Source of the DNA: Vicugna vicugna
Taxonomy: Eukaryota
Assembly: GCA_013265495.1 (NCBI GenBank)
Contig: MU057560.1
Coordinates: 942,753-1,006,752 of the forward strand
Direction: 5' to 3'
Length of the DNA stretch: 64,000 bases
A program made the position numbers and the translations under genes. Below, piece by piece: positions 13,855 to 26,949 of the stretch. How positions within the stretch are numbered: the stretch's first letter is position 1; each line of letters opens with the position of its first letter. The notes beneath the pieces are model-generated. The model saw nothing but the letters and a program-made list of their open reading frames with translations, searched no databases and had not been told where the DNA came from.

Positions 13855-14005
13855 TATTTACTGCATCTTGGGACCTTTCAAAATTTCTGGAAACCGGGCC
13901 ACAGCCTGGACCAATTAACTCACAGTCTCCAGGATGACACAGGCATTCTGCTTGCTTTGAAGTCCTCACGTGATTAATGGACAAAAAATAATTGAGAACC
14001 ACTGA
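13855..14005. mobile_element. MER5A-like hAT-Charlie fragment
   Basis: gggccacagcctggaccaattaactcacagtctc...gtgattaatg..ttgagaaccactg (terminal inverted repeat end). Confidence 0.6.
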
Positions 14006-14760
14006 ATGAAGACGCCCAGGAAGGAAGATGCATCAAAATGATATGATCAGGTCGCCATGTTGGTTGATTAGAGCTGTGGTTCTCAGATGGGACTTCTGGG
14101 TCGCAGTTCTTGGTGGTGCCGAAGGGCTGCCCTTCTAGGAGGCTTCCAGGAGCCGCTGTGGGTCTGGAGACCACATCTGGGGACCTCTTAGCTCAGAGAA
14201 CGTGACACTGAAGAACAGAACATAGTGAAAGTATTCTACCCCTGCAGGGATATGCTTGGTGGCCTTTGTGTGCAGAATGAGCTTGGAACTTCCTATTCCA
14301 TGCTCCGCAGAACATCACGTCTCCAGGAAAGTGGGTCACCAACTGAATCAATGCTTTCCTGAATCTCCTACAGAAAGAACCACATCTGCTGTGGCTCCTG
14401 ACTGCTTCCCAGAGTGACCTGCTTAGCGCAGAGCACCTGCCTTACTAGTAGGTGAAACAAGGTGACTCAGGTGGAAGACGGGAGGGGACCAGCCTGCTGA
14501 CATTGAATGTGAAAGCAAGACCCAGAGGGCCCGCGGGAGCAGGAAGGCGGACTGGGACTCCCTGCCCCTCCCGCGGGGTGGCGCCCAGGCCCGGGACAGT
14601 CCAAGTGAGACAAGCACAGGAACTCGGGGAGGTGTCTCTTTCTGAAAAGGAAGGCAGGCCAGTGAGAGAGCTTGGAGCTGAAGACGGCGCGGGTAAGGTC
14701 TGTCTAGTCCAGGTTCGGAGCTGAAGAAGTTGGCCACCTGCAAATGCCAAGAAAGGAAGA

Positions 14761-14761
<1 letters not shown>

Positions 14762-14795
<34 letters not shown>
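14762..14795 (+). repeat. Poly(A)34 tract
   Basis: 34 consecutive A residues. Confidence 0.95.
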
Positions 14796-14797
<2 letters not shown>

Positions 14798-15139
14798 ACC
14801 CAGCAAAGCCTCTCTCTCCTGCCAAAGGATGAAGAAAGGGGCAGCCTATCAAGGCAGAAAAGCTGCGACAATACCTGCTTCCCTCCAGATGAACAGCAGG
14901 AAGCTCTGCGTCCTGACCCCACCAGCACCAGCGAACTCCGAGTGGGCGCCCAGACCTCCCCTCGGGCCTCCCACCAGGCCATCGCGAGACCCCCCAGCTG
15001 CTCTCCTGGGGGGTCAGAGGAGGCAGAGCCGGGGGCTAGATGGCCGCCCAGACTGGGTTAATGGGGAGCGTTTGGGAGCCTGGGCCTCCGGCCCTAGCCA
15101 GACCCCCCCTTCCCAGATAACGTGGTTTAATTGTGATGA

Positions 15140-15213
15140 GTGTGTCCCGGGGATCAGGATTTTAAAATCTTCCCCAGACATTTGAACGTGAAGCCAAGTT
15201 TGAGAACCCCTGG
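15140..15213. mobile_element. MER5A-like terminal fragment
   Basis: atcaggattttaaaatcttccccaga...agccaagtttgagaacccctg. Confidence 0.6.
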
Positions 15214-15220
15214 CTCAGAG

Positions 15221-15448
15221 CAGGTGTCAGCAAACTTTCATCCACAGGTCGACTCTGCCCAGTGGCCTGGCCGGTTCTTATAAATAACTTGTTGGAAGCC
15301 AGCCACACGCATCCATTTGCATCTGGTCTGTGGCTGCTTTCCTGCTGGAACACATCGTGAAGTAGTTTTCTCAGAGACTGTCTGGCTCGCACAGCCTAAA
15401 ATATTTATTATCTGGCTCTTGATGGAAAAAAAAATTGCTGACCTCTGA
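15221..15448 (+). mobile_element. MER58A-like hAT-Charlie MITE, near full length
   Basis: Inverted ends caggtgtcagcaa / ttgctgacctctg; internal ataaataacttgttggaagccagccacac..ctgtggctgctttc..gcctaaaatatttattatctggc. Confidence 0.85.
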
Positions 15449-15764
15449 CCTGCAGGACGTTGTAGTTATCAAAAGCTATCTGATTCACTCCTTGACATGA
15501 AGACTTTAAAAACTCAAGAATTTTTACTTTATTTAATTAGAGGATAATTCTAGGAATAGCTTCTTTGTGCGGAAAATAAATGGGTTGCCCGGGGAGTACT
15601 TTCTGCAGCTCCTGGCAGTTCCATTTATTAGGGAGACCCCCAAGCGAGTGACCACGGAGGACACAGCCGGCGTGCTGAAGGGTCCCTCAGCCACGGCGTC
15701 CAGGGCGCTGAGGGCTCCGGCGTTCCTGCGGGGAGGGCGGAAGGAGTAGTGTGGGAGGGGATGT

Positions 15765-15950
15765 GGTAACTGCCTTCAAGCATCTGCAGGACTGTAATGT
15801 GACAGAGGGTCTAGCTTTATTCTATTTAACCTCACAGAGAAGATAGCTGCCCAGTGGATGGAGGATGGAGGAAATTAGATTTGACACAGTAATAGATAGA
15901 ATTTCTAACAATAAAACATTTCCAGGAGCTTATTAGCTTCCTCTCATGGA
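15765..15950 (+). mobile_element. L3/CR1 LINE fragment
   Basis: ggggatgtggtaactgccttcaagcatctgcaggactgtaatgtg...gaggaaattagatttgac..aatttctaacaat. Confidence 0.55.
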
Positions 15951-17599
15951 ACATTCATGTGAGCGGCCCCGATCTGGTGTCTGGGGCAGGCTGCACCTCC
16001 TCCTCGCCCCGTGGCTTAGGCTGGTTAGTTAGGGGAGACTGACTGACACAACAAGTATATCCCGAAGTGAACTTGTTGATATAGTCCACTGGCCTAGGAC
16101 TTCCCGTTCAGTCCTGCCCTTTGCCCCAGGAGGCTGACTGATCAGTTCCATGCCCTCTGGCTTCCTTTTTTTTTTTCCCAAAAGGGAGCCCCCTCACCCC
16201 CGAGGGAGGTGAGAGCGGGGAGTGGAATGAGGGCAAGGCTTTCTTCTCTAGATCCTTTCCTGGGACGTTATCTTGGGCCGGCCGTGTCCTGGACAGAGCA
16301 TCACCTCTCTCAGGAGGACCTGTTCCAGGCCCCTCTTTTTGTTTCCAGTGGCCTCTTCTCCCCGTCCCTTCAGGCTGCTGGTGGACCTGGGCTATGGCGC
16401 TCTCCCCTGTGGTCCCCTCCATCCTGCCCAGACTGATGCGATCGGTCCCTTCACAAGTAAACTATCTTCAAATTATACGAAGCTGAGGGCGCTATCTGAC
16501 TTCTTGTTAGTATGCTGAGGGAAAGGTGGATATTGGCTCAAACATAAAGCTTATTTCTCACTCGAGAGAGTTCCAAGCGGGCACACTTGGCATTCCAGCA
16601 TCCTGCTTTCATCAACACAAGTGTGCCCTGGGGTATCGCCTGGGAGGAGAATCAAATGTGAAGACATATAGGTCGTGTCTTCTGTGAACTGGACCTGAGA
16701 ACGGCACACCTCATCACAGGCCTCAGAACTGGGGCCCGTGGCCTCTCTCCACGCCGAGAAATGGGTCAATCCGGGTGGGAAACGCCCTGCTTTGAGCTAA
16801 GGAATAGGCTTCGTGAGAGGCCTCAGTCTCTTCTGCTGGCACTGACCGTAAGGTGGGAGCAAGTGGTCGCTACCGGCTGTAGTGCACGACTAAACCAACC
16901 ATCGCAGGTCCAGTCAGAAGTGAGCCTCTGCCGTGTGCGCCCGGAACCCTAGGTAAGACGCCTGGTATTTAGCCACTAGCCTAGTTTTCATCATGTGATT
17001 AGACATTCTGTGCAGGAATAGAAATTACATTGGAAGCCAGGCCTTTCTATGTAAGCAAGGAAGACGGAACATCCGAACCCTTTTTGACTCCATTTTTGGA
17101 CTTAAGTTCTCCTTGTTCCAAATTAGTAAAGCTAACATATCCCATGGTTTGTAGAGGACCCGGGGTTCCCATAGGATGGAGACTGAAATCTGTCTGAAAA
17201 TGAATTGGTCCGAATAGGGTAAGTCCAGGCATTCAGAATGCCACTGCACAAATACAAGGTAAGGTTTCCAAAAAAAGATCTTTAATGAGAGAGGTCCTAA
17301 TCCGGCAGCCATATTAAAGAGGAAATTAAATAGTGTTTCTGAATAGCAGAGTGAGAGGTGCGCATGAACGTAGCCTGGGCGAGCCCCTCGAGGCACCGCG
17401 GTGGGAGAAAGCCGGTGTAATGGGAGCTTTCGGTGCTCTGCACAGACCCCCTCTATCAACTGGTGTATCCATCTCTCAGCCGACAAGAGCAGTGACCGCC
17501 TAGCCCACGGATACGTGGAGAGCTATGCCGTGCTCACAGGCCACCACTGATGGAAAAGGGTGCACAGATCCAGGTCCTGTTGCCTAAAGATAAAACAGC

Positions 17600-17775
17600 T
17601 TTGATTTCCCTGGTGCCGATGAGCTCCCTCTGGAATCGCACGGAGTCTGACCTCATCAGAGACCACCTCTTTCTTCCGTTTCCTTACTCCCCCCTCCTAG
17701 GGAAGCTTCCCCAGTAAATCATTTGCACAGAAATCTCTGTCTTAGGCTCTGAATCCAAGGAACCTGCCCTAAGGT
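17600..17775 (+). mobile_element. ERVL LTR (LTR16-like) 3' fragment
   Basis: cttccccagtaaatcatttgcacagaaatctctgtcttaggctctg..aaggaacctgccctaag matches the LTR16-type 3' terminus. Confidence 0.6.
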
Positions 17776-19204
17776 AGCTGGAAATGTGTCACAAAGACTC
17801 ACACCACTTGACGGGTAAGATCCGTCCTTAAGCCCTGCCCTTGACCCGTCACAGATGCTTCTAGAATCAGGTGACGGTGGAGCTCGAGAGACACAACTGA
17901 TCAAGGGCTATAGTGTCATCTTATGTGCAACCCACGTGTAGGGCCTGCAACACCAGTGATCCTAAGTCCAGGGCACTAGGGACCTTGGAGGGCGGAGACA
18001 CTGCTGATTGGTGGCAAAGACTGAAGTCGAGACGGCGCCCTGGAAGCAGTAGGCAGGACGCTAACCTAGGCAACCATCTGGGTGAAATGGGCAACACGCT
18101 AATGAGGAGGTGGCGAAGGCGAGACCTGCAGCTGGAGGGCAGGGGATGCTGGAACAGTGGGCACCCGCCATCACTGCCCGTGGGTCCCCGTGGCCAGCGT
18201 CGGCCCTGGGCCACCAGAAACCAGGAGACGGGGTAGTGTGAGGTCCTGGCCTTGGGCAGGGGAAGGCCCTCTTTCCAGGGAAGAACAGGTGCGAACTGTT
18301 CTTCCTGCTTGAGACCCACCCGCCCGTGGGCGCAGGGCGGGCAGGCCGGGGCGCACGGCAGACGCGAGGCAGGCAGACGGACAGCAGTGTGTGGACCCAC
18401 CTCTTGAGGTTCGTGAAAATGAGGCTAATGCTTCTCCGATCCTATCTCTTCCCAGACAGGGTGGAGCAAGGACACACCACGACGTCCCCGCAGTGCTGCT
18501 TCCGTTGTTTTCGTCCTGAAACGGGGGCTGCAGTCCTCGCTCTGTCACCGCCCACCAGGGTATGGTCCTCGGGGTGAATCCCCAGCTCCAGGGAGTCGCA
18601 GGTATACGAACAGGGGCGTGAAGCTGTCTCTGCAACCTGGACCAGCTTTGGGTCTTTCTCCTAGTGTACTTTTACAAGCTTTTAACATATGAAGGATTTG
18701 GATTTGCTTACACGATGGAAGCGACAGGGCTTGAAGGAAACACTTGCAGTTTGAGAGCAACTCGTGTTTGGGACGCAGATGCATTTGCATCCTTCTCTCT
18801 TTTGGCAGGAACCACCTACGCAGGCTCAGCAATAATATCAAGATGAGGTAAAGGGTTTTTTTATTGGGTGAAAAACATTACTTCCACTCAATGTTACATA
18901 TTTAGTAATGGAATTCAGGCTACATTCAGAGGTTCAGAAATCTCCGAATAGGAAGACATTCAACTAAAGGCCTCAGTGAACAGTTTGAGGTTTTGTCAAG
19001 ACTGTGACACACATGATTTGGTAACTTAGAAGTCACTTTTCCGATGTTTGATGCATTGTTCCCTGAACAGCCCAGGTTAGGACTTTGTGTAATAGTGCTC
19101 TGCCCTCCTCTCTGTCCTTGGCCATTTAGCTTTTCTCTGAGGAAGGGCCTGACCACACCTGTTCAAACACACGGTGCGTTCCTGCGCTCTGCACAGGTCT
19201 GCAG

Positions 19205-19352
19205 TTGTAAAGCGTGTTATCCCTGCTCATCTGTAAACTCCTGGAGGGCATGGGGGTGCATCTGTTCATCTTTGATCCTTCAAGTTTAGCATAATGTCTG
19301 GGACATAATCCATGCCAAATATGCTCGTTAAACAAGGGAATGGAGGAATGAA
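19205..19352 (+). mobile_element. L2 LINE 3' end
   Basis: ctgtaaactcctggagggcatggg...agcataatgtctgggacataa..aaatatgctcgtt..gaatgaa. Confidence 0.65.
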
Positions 19353-19613
19353 CAAGGACAGACAGACTCAGAGGGAGCGGGTGCCTCGGAGGTACAGCTG
19401 AGGGGAAACACACATACACACACACATACACAAGGAATGCGGTTTCCACCCTGAGAAGAATTGTAACTCTTCCGCTGACTTAAAGTGAAATGGCAGTTGT
19501 ATTAAAGGCTGATCTCTCTACAGGTGTGCATACGTTCATATGTAAAATAAGAATTTCTATATTTCTACAAACTCTACTTCACTTCCTAGGGGCAGTCTTA
19601 TCTCTGGAAGATG

Positions 19614-19648
<35 letters not shown>

Positions 19649-19654
19649 CACACA
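19614..19654. repeat. Compound microsatellite (TG)n(TA)n(CA)n
   Basis: Seen directly. Confidence 0.9.
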
Positions 19655-22239
19655 TGAGCTATAAAAACTGAGCTATAAAAAAAAAGAAAAGAAGAAATCT
19701 AGATGAGCTGTGCAAGAGGAGGTGGTTTGTTGGAGCCGGACTGATGGGTGCCCAAGAGGAGAGGTGGAAAGCGTGGATGTTGGGAGGAAGGAAGGAGTCG
19801 GGGGGTGGAATTGGCAGAACAACATAGGAGGCCACCAGCGTGGCTGCAGGCGAGCTGGAAATGATGGAAACAGCGCTCAGGACCGAAGCCGCCGCTGGCT
19901 CTCCGCGGCGCGGTGGGAACAGCCCCGAGCGGGAAGCTCACTCCTGACCCTTGGGAAACCACACCAGCCTCTGCCGCACCCCTTCCTCCTGTGGCTCCCG
20001 TCTCCCTCACAGGGAAGCACAGGAGCTCGCGGTCCCCAGCCCTCTGCCTTTCTGGGCTCATCTCCCGGTGCTCAGTCCGCTCCAGCCTCACGGCGTCCTT
20101 TGCGCTCCAGCTCAGTGCGCACGTGATGGGAGCTGAGCGTCGTGCGTGGGGAGTTGGGTACCAGCTCGTCTCATTTTCTGCTCCTTCCTGCACACGGGCT
20201 GCTAAGCGGCGTGGAGGCCTTCGGCTCTCTTGTTCTTAGGTTTGTGGCCAGAGGAGCCGGCATGCTCTCCTGTGACTTTGGGTCCAAGCCGAGCTCTCCG
20301 CTCCAGCACTGGGGGAGGGGGCTCTCGCGGCTCAGCGTCGCTCAGAGAGCACCGGCGGCGGGGGCGGGTCTGGACTCAGACACTCCTGGGCCTTGACCTT
20401 CACAGCCCCCCAAAAGTACCAGAACGTCACCCCTGACCTCTGACAGAGGCGTGACCCCGTCCTGCTCTCCCTTTCCTGCTGGCATCCTCCTGGAGCCTCT
20501 CCCGCCCCCGCGCTATTTCTCTCTTGGAGAGTTTCTTCTTTACGTAAAAACAAGGCAAATAAAGCAAAAGAAGGAAGACCATGGTCACTGTCCAGGCTAG
20601 AACATTAGAGAATGTTCATGTTGTTCTTTCTGTAAGTGTCTGGTGAGGGAAAGAGGCTGGGTCTTTCCAACCGAAATTTAAGAGTCTGGGGTAGTCCCCA
20701 CTGGAGGTCAATCAAGAATAAAACAAGAAAAAAGAGAGAGTCGGTTCTTTGTAATTTTATTCTCCCCTATCCTGTACATTCGTGATTTGATGCATACTTT
20801 CTTTGAAATAGAGTCTAAGAAAAATGTATATTTAATTATTTGAAAGTCACTGAGTATAATTTATTTTTTAAACTTTGCTGCTATCATCTCTTTGGCTTTT
20901 TCCTGGAAACATTCCTGCCTCAGGCTCTCCTTCTGTGTCTGCCAAGGGACGGGCTTCCTCACGTCTCCCTGAGCCCCTGCCGGCCGCGCTGTGGTTAACT
21001 CATTGACTTTCATCTTCCATCAAGGTCAAGGACGTATTGATACTTGTGGACGGGCCAGACGTCACGCTTCTGTAATCGTACAGAAGAAGCTGATCACCCT
21101 GTTGGGGGTTCTTTTCTGCAGCAAATGTTGGAGATGAAGTGGAGGAGAAACTCGCTGCGCCCTGAAGGCCCCAGGTTAGTTGCATCAGGAGCACGTTTAT
21201 GACTCAAACAGTGTCTCTCTTTTGATGAGAAAGTGAATATCAGGGCTGGCCGGCTGCCAGCACCCCATGTGTCTCCTCTTCTCTCCGACCCAGGGAGCCT
21301 TGGCCAGCGTTCAGTCACTCTCTGCCCTGACAGCTCGTTGGCGCCAGGACAGCAACAGCGGAAGACCAGCTGTTTAACACTGAGAGTGTCTGTGATCGAG
21401 GTCCTATCGTGTCTGATTTGAGAGCTGCTTCTTAGAAAAGCGATCATTTAGCAAGAACTGGATGTGTGTTTACCTGCGATGGGGAGAGACAGACACCTGT
21501 TTTATATGCCCCTGTAGCAAATGGGTGTCACTTGGAATTGTGTTACAAAGACACAATATCCTCACAGACAGTGCTCGGCTTAATCCTACACGCCCACTGG
21601 AAAAACCGGCGTCCAGGATATTACAAGAAGGAAAAAATTCTGCCCCCAAAACCATGCGAGTCCTCTGTAGAAGTGGGAGGGATTTTTGTTTCCTACGACT
21701 CAGCTGCCCCTTCAGGAAATTTTGTGTGTTCACAGGTTCTTTTTAAAACACAGACACGCAGGAAAATCTCACAACAGTCAAAGCAGGTGCTGCCCTTACA
21801 AGCTGTTTACACACCCAGCTCCGTGACCGCAGCTGCAGGGCTGAAGGAAGCGCTCTCTGACGCTGGACCAGCCACGGGCACCTGGTGAAGCGCTGATCCC
21901 GGATCAGCACACGGCGCCCCGACATGGACTCGGCTCAGGGGAAGCCAAGCACGGCCCCAGCTGGGCTTGCCTTGGCCGTGTCAGGGAGTGGCACTGAAGC
22001 TGTCAGCGGTCCCCAGAGTCCGGGGCACCGTTTCTACTCCCAGCATCACAGAGATCCTGAACTGCAGCTCTTCCCCTGCCTGCCTGGCGCTGAGATATCT
22101 GTTCCCATAAACTCCCATTGCATCAGATTCCGTGAAGGACAGGTGAGGTCAGCACAGATCACTTGGTGAACCTGATCCTCCCTGTGGCCGTGGAAAACTC
22201 CACTGCATGGATGCTCCCAAAGCCTGTGTGTTCTTCCAC

Positions 22240-22400
22240 CTGACAGATGTCTCTTCAGGATCCACAGAATCCAGGTGCAATTCAAGGCTCCAGAAATACA
22301 ACAGCGCACAAAACTGATGAAAATCCCTGCCCTCGTGATGGTCACGTTCCAGGGCAGAGAGAGAAAAGCAACAAAGTGACTTAAAGAGGCTGTGCATCCA
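22240..22400 (-). mobile_element. L2 LINE fragment
   Basis: aaatacaacagcgcacaaaac..aaaatccctgccctcgtgatggtcacgttccaggg. Confidence 0.6.
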
Positions 22401-22547
22401 TGTTAAATATAATTAATTCTATGGAAGGAAACAAAGGAGAAAAGAGGGTTAGGGAATGTGGGGTGTGGGGGAGGACAGGATGTTTGGGAGATTATGTGTA
22501 TAAATAAGAATTTTATAAATATTTTAAACACTCAACATATTAAACAT

Positions 22548-23104
22548 TGTATTGAAGTATGGTTGGTTTACAGTGTTGCGTTAGTTTCAGGTGTCCAGCA
22601 TAGTGATTCAGTTATATATATATATATAGACTTTTTCATATTATTTTCACTATAGATTATTACAAGATATTGAATATAGTTCCCTGTGCTATACATTAGA
22701 ACCTTGTTGTTTATCTGTTTTATATACAGTGGTGTGTATCTGCTAATCTCAAACTCCTAGTTTATCTCCCCCCCCACCCTTTCCCCGCTGGTAACCATAA
22801 GTTTGTTTTCTATGTCTGTGAGTCTGTTTTTTTGTTTTGTAAATAAGTTTACTTTTATCGTTCTTTCAGATTCCATGTATAAGTGATAACATATGAAATT
22901 TGTCTTTCTCTGTCTGATTTACTTCACTTAGTATGATAATCTCTAGGTCTGTCTGCATTGCTGCAAATGGCATGATTTCATTCTTTTTTATGGCTGAATA
23001 GTATTCCTAGCAGCACTATTTACACTGCCAAGATACAGAAGCAACCTAAATGTCCATGGCAGATGACTGGATAAAGAAGATATGGGGTGTGTGTGTGTGT
23101 GTGT
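22548..23104 (-). mobile_element. L1 3' fragment with 5' inversion
   Basis: 22548-23007 is the antisense L1 3' UTR and ORF2 end (attgaagtatggttggtttaca...atggctgaatagtattcc). 23008-23085 is sense ORF2 sequence (tagcagcactatttaca..aacctaaatgtcca..tggataaagaagatatgg), followed by (GT)n. Confidence 0.92.
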
Positions 23105-23854
23105 ATGAATACTAATCTGAATATACTTTTAAAGCTTTTAAATATACCTAATATATCATACAAGTTTTTTTTTCAGGTTTGTCTGTTTTTGGCAGTTGCA
23201 GAGAGAAGCTTATTCTTGGGAAAAAAAATGGTGCTACACTCCCCGTTCATCCCTGGTCAGTCTAGAAATCCACAGAGAAGATATCCACGTGGAAATGAGT
23301 AGGTACTAAATAAATGAACTAATGAGTGAACGAATGAAATGATGGATTCACCAAGGAGAGTTTTCACAATAGGAGAGGAGCCAAGCTCACATCCTCAGTG
23401 AACGTCAAACTTCCAGGCAAGCCCCACTCAGAGGATAGTGTTGCCCACAAGGGAGAACAAAGGGCAGGCAGAGAAGTGGGAAGTGGGGTCGGAAAAGGCA
23501 AGGTCAGCACTGGGAGTGAAGGAGCGAGTCGAGCCTTGAGAGAGGAAATGGTGATGTGACTGCTTTAAAAGCTGCAGAGATCAAAGAGGTGGGGACAGGG
23601 GACAGGTCCCTGGGTCTGATCGCCGGGAGGGTTATCAGTTGCTGAAAGGACACTTGCAGGAGAGGATGAAAGCCAGGCTCGAGGGCTGAGGGAGTGGGGC
23701 CGAGGCAGGCGAGGGGAGCCTGTCTGCAGAGGGGACGCAGCGCCCGTCAGACGGCAGACTGTTCTCTGAAACACCTCTGGGTACTGAGTTATTTCAGACT
23801 GCACTCTGGCCTTTTAGGCGCATCCTTCTGCAAAATGAAAAAGGCAATTTTTGA

Positions 23855-23990
23855 GAAGCAATATAATGTATTGGAAAGATCAGTGGACTTGGTCGAGAAG
23901 ACCTGGGAGTTGGTCCTGGACCTACTGCTTGGCCAGTCAGAGAGCTCTGAGAGGCGGAATGAGCTCATCTGCACAGTTAAAATGACACGT
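23855..23990 (+). mobile_element. MIR SINE fragment
   Basis: agcaatataatgtattggaaagatcagtggacttgg..agaagacctggg...ctcatctgcacagttaaaatg. Confidence 0.55.
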
Positions 23991-26949
23991 GTTCTGCTCC
24001 CAGAGGAAACGCAAAGGTTCCGTGGAATGGCTGCAGGATCCCGCTGTGCAGACTAGCAGTTGGTACAGAATCTAAAGAACCTCATCAAGGTGTGATGCTT
24101 TCTGCGGGCGGCGCTCTCAGTACATTTGGTTCTGTTTCCGGGATACGACCGCTCTACTGTAGGAAAATCCCTGCGAAGACGGGACGGAGTGGAGGACGCT
24201 CACGGACCAGTCAGGAGCCCCCAGCCCCGGGCGGACCTTGCAGCTGGGCGCCTCGTAATTCTTCTAACCAGATGGGTGGCAGGACCTCTGCCATCTGGTC
24301 ACTTTACCGTCCACGGGGCCCCCCTCCGTCGGTCCTCTGTGTGTGCCCAGCCCATCTTTTTCGCGTGCTCTGTGCGTGCTGATGCCTCCTTCTGTCCTTC
24401 TTTCCTGTCTGCCTTCTTTCAGACCTGCGCTCCTCCCGGGCTCTGAGCAGCGGCCGCACCTCCACACCTGCCTCCCTCCTGTGTGCGGCCAGCTGCGCTT
24501 TCCTCTGCTGTCCCACGGCACCTCGCTTACAGCACGTGGTTCTCGTGTCTCCTGTGTAATTGGTTGTTTACATATTCCGGGTTCCTGCTACACTGAAAGC
24601 TGTTTGAGGGCAAGAACCAAGCTGCATTCATCATCACGACCCCATCACTAATCGTGCCCTACAGTTAGCATCTGCAGGGGGGCTAAACACGTGAATGACT
24701 GCCCCTCACGTCCCATCTGTGTCTTCATCTCATCACCCGTGAAAGGGGTGGGCTAGAGAAGGTACCTCCTCAGACCCCTTCGAGCTCCACCATCTACAGT
24801 TTCAGCTTCCCTGTTCCCAGACTCTATTCTTTCCATTACAATCCATGTTCATATATTTTGAGAGAGCAAGCACGTTGAGTCTAATGGCTATATACATAAA
24901 ATTGAAGTAGAAAGAGCAGTTTGCTAGACAGATACACACAACATAATCTGAGTGCAAGTGTAAATTGTAAAGACTTCTCGGAGAGTCTGACTTCTGTCAC
25001 GAGGATCAGTGAAAATTTCCCTCTATAGTTAGATGTTTCAAAAGTCTTTCTAATACATATTTATTCACAAACTCAAACTCTTTGTGCTTATAAGAATGAC
25101 AGACCAACAGGTTAAAAAAAAAAAAAGCCCGGATTGTCAGTAGGTCATGCAGATTCACACACTGCTTTTATATATATAAAAAAAAAGTGTAATTGACCAC
25201 CTGAAATGTTTTCCCTTTTCTTCTAAATGAATCAGCTCTGACAGAAGTTGGCATCCTACAGTTCAGAAGAGGCAAGCATCCTCTCTTACGTTTCCTGACG
25301 CTGTCTCAGCCCGGCGTGGCGCTCGTGGCTGCACTGTAGCATTAGTTTGCAGTTTCTTGTTACAGTAAAAGTTAATGCTGTACTGAGATCCTGCTAAACA
25401 TTTACACTTCTGTGAGCCATCGAGATGATGCATTATCTTAAGTGCACTACCTCACCGTGTCTATGAATCAGCATCATTAGATCAGGATGAGATCATTTTT
25501 AGAGAAAGAGTTAAAAGAAATCTGGGTTCTGGGAATTGATTGGGAAGAGAGAGAGACTCTGCTAATGATACTTAGCGGTTAAGTTTATTCAAACCTTTGA
25601 CACAGACAGCTTTGTGTGGCTCTTGCTGGTTCTCTCTGCGTTTCAGTGCGTGGAATTTGCATGATAATTAATGCAAAGTCATCATCAGATCAAACTTTGG
25701 GAATACATGGGGATACATAAAAGTAATGAAGTACCATGTGATGTGCAGCTCTCAAAGGAAGGGCCCCGGTTAGCAGAGCTCCGTGCACTTTTCTCCCAAA
25801 GAAACTTCTTCAAGAAGTTAAAAAAAAAAAAAAAAGATCTCCAGCATTGTTGAATCCTATGACGATTTGAATTTGTGTGTTTGGCATCAGGTGGGTCCTG
25901 AAAGGTCTCCCTTGCCTTGGCTCTGCTACAGATGTCCCCACGCGCGCTGATCTTGGGTAATTTCTCTGCATGAATCGGCTGTAACTGGGTTTTAGCAATC
26001 TCAAGCGTGCAGCTCTCACTTCCCTCCTAACTTTTCTTTTATTGTGAACATACGTTGCCAGAAAAGCCATCACTCATGTTGTATTGTATAATCTTGGCTT
26101 CTTGCTAAGAAACTGGAAGTTTGAGGCTGAAATGAATATTTCTGTTGCTGAGGGAGAGGACAGAAGAGCAGTTATTTCCAGAGCTTACCAACCAGGGAGT
26201 GAAAGAGAAATGTTCATATTTAATAGAATTTATGACTACTTACGGGCTTCGAGGTATACTCCTCCAAGTTTCCTTGGTGATCCCTCCTTAGCTCCTGCTC
26301 TTAGCTGACTAGCTACCCCCTCCCTCCCTGTCTTGGCTCGGCAGAGGTTTTAATGGCGTCTTTTCCCGACTGCTCACCTGTGCTTTTGAACCGGCTTTGC
26401 ACAGTCAGGTGGGGATACAGACATAGCATGGTTTCCAAGAATGGGATATGTTAGCGATTAAAAGCAGGATGATATATTTCACCCTGGTTTAATATTTCCA
26501 CACATGTAAATTTAACAGTAATTTCATTCATTTCTAGACCTCAAGGCTCTAAGGGATGCTCAAGGCCACTGAGCCAACTCCAGTGGGATGTGCTTCTCAG
26601 GACGTGCCTGGTCGGTGGCGGGTGTGCAGCTCTGCTGGGCATGTCCTGGGGCAGCTCACCACCCCCTCCTGCAGCCCAGCCCACCTGGGGACAGGATGTA
26701 TCATAGAGATGTTTTTTTTTCCCCTCATTCATGTTTAAATCTTGGTGTCTGTGATTTCCACTCCTCTGAAGGGGTACCTGTGAACTCCATCTTCCACTAA
26801 GTTTCCTACATGCTGAGCACATTTGTTGATGGATGTGCAAATAACTTGGTATGACTTGAACCGGTGGAGAAACTAAATGTACAGAGTGTTGATCACAAGT
26901 GGTCTTTGGTCACCTAAAGGTGATACAGTTTTAAGAAGTGGAGATGGTT

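Noticed and set aside
14423..15185. Poly-Lys / poly-Phe ORFs
   Set aside because: Artefacts of the A34 tract.
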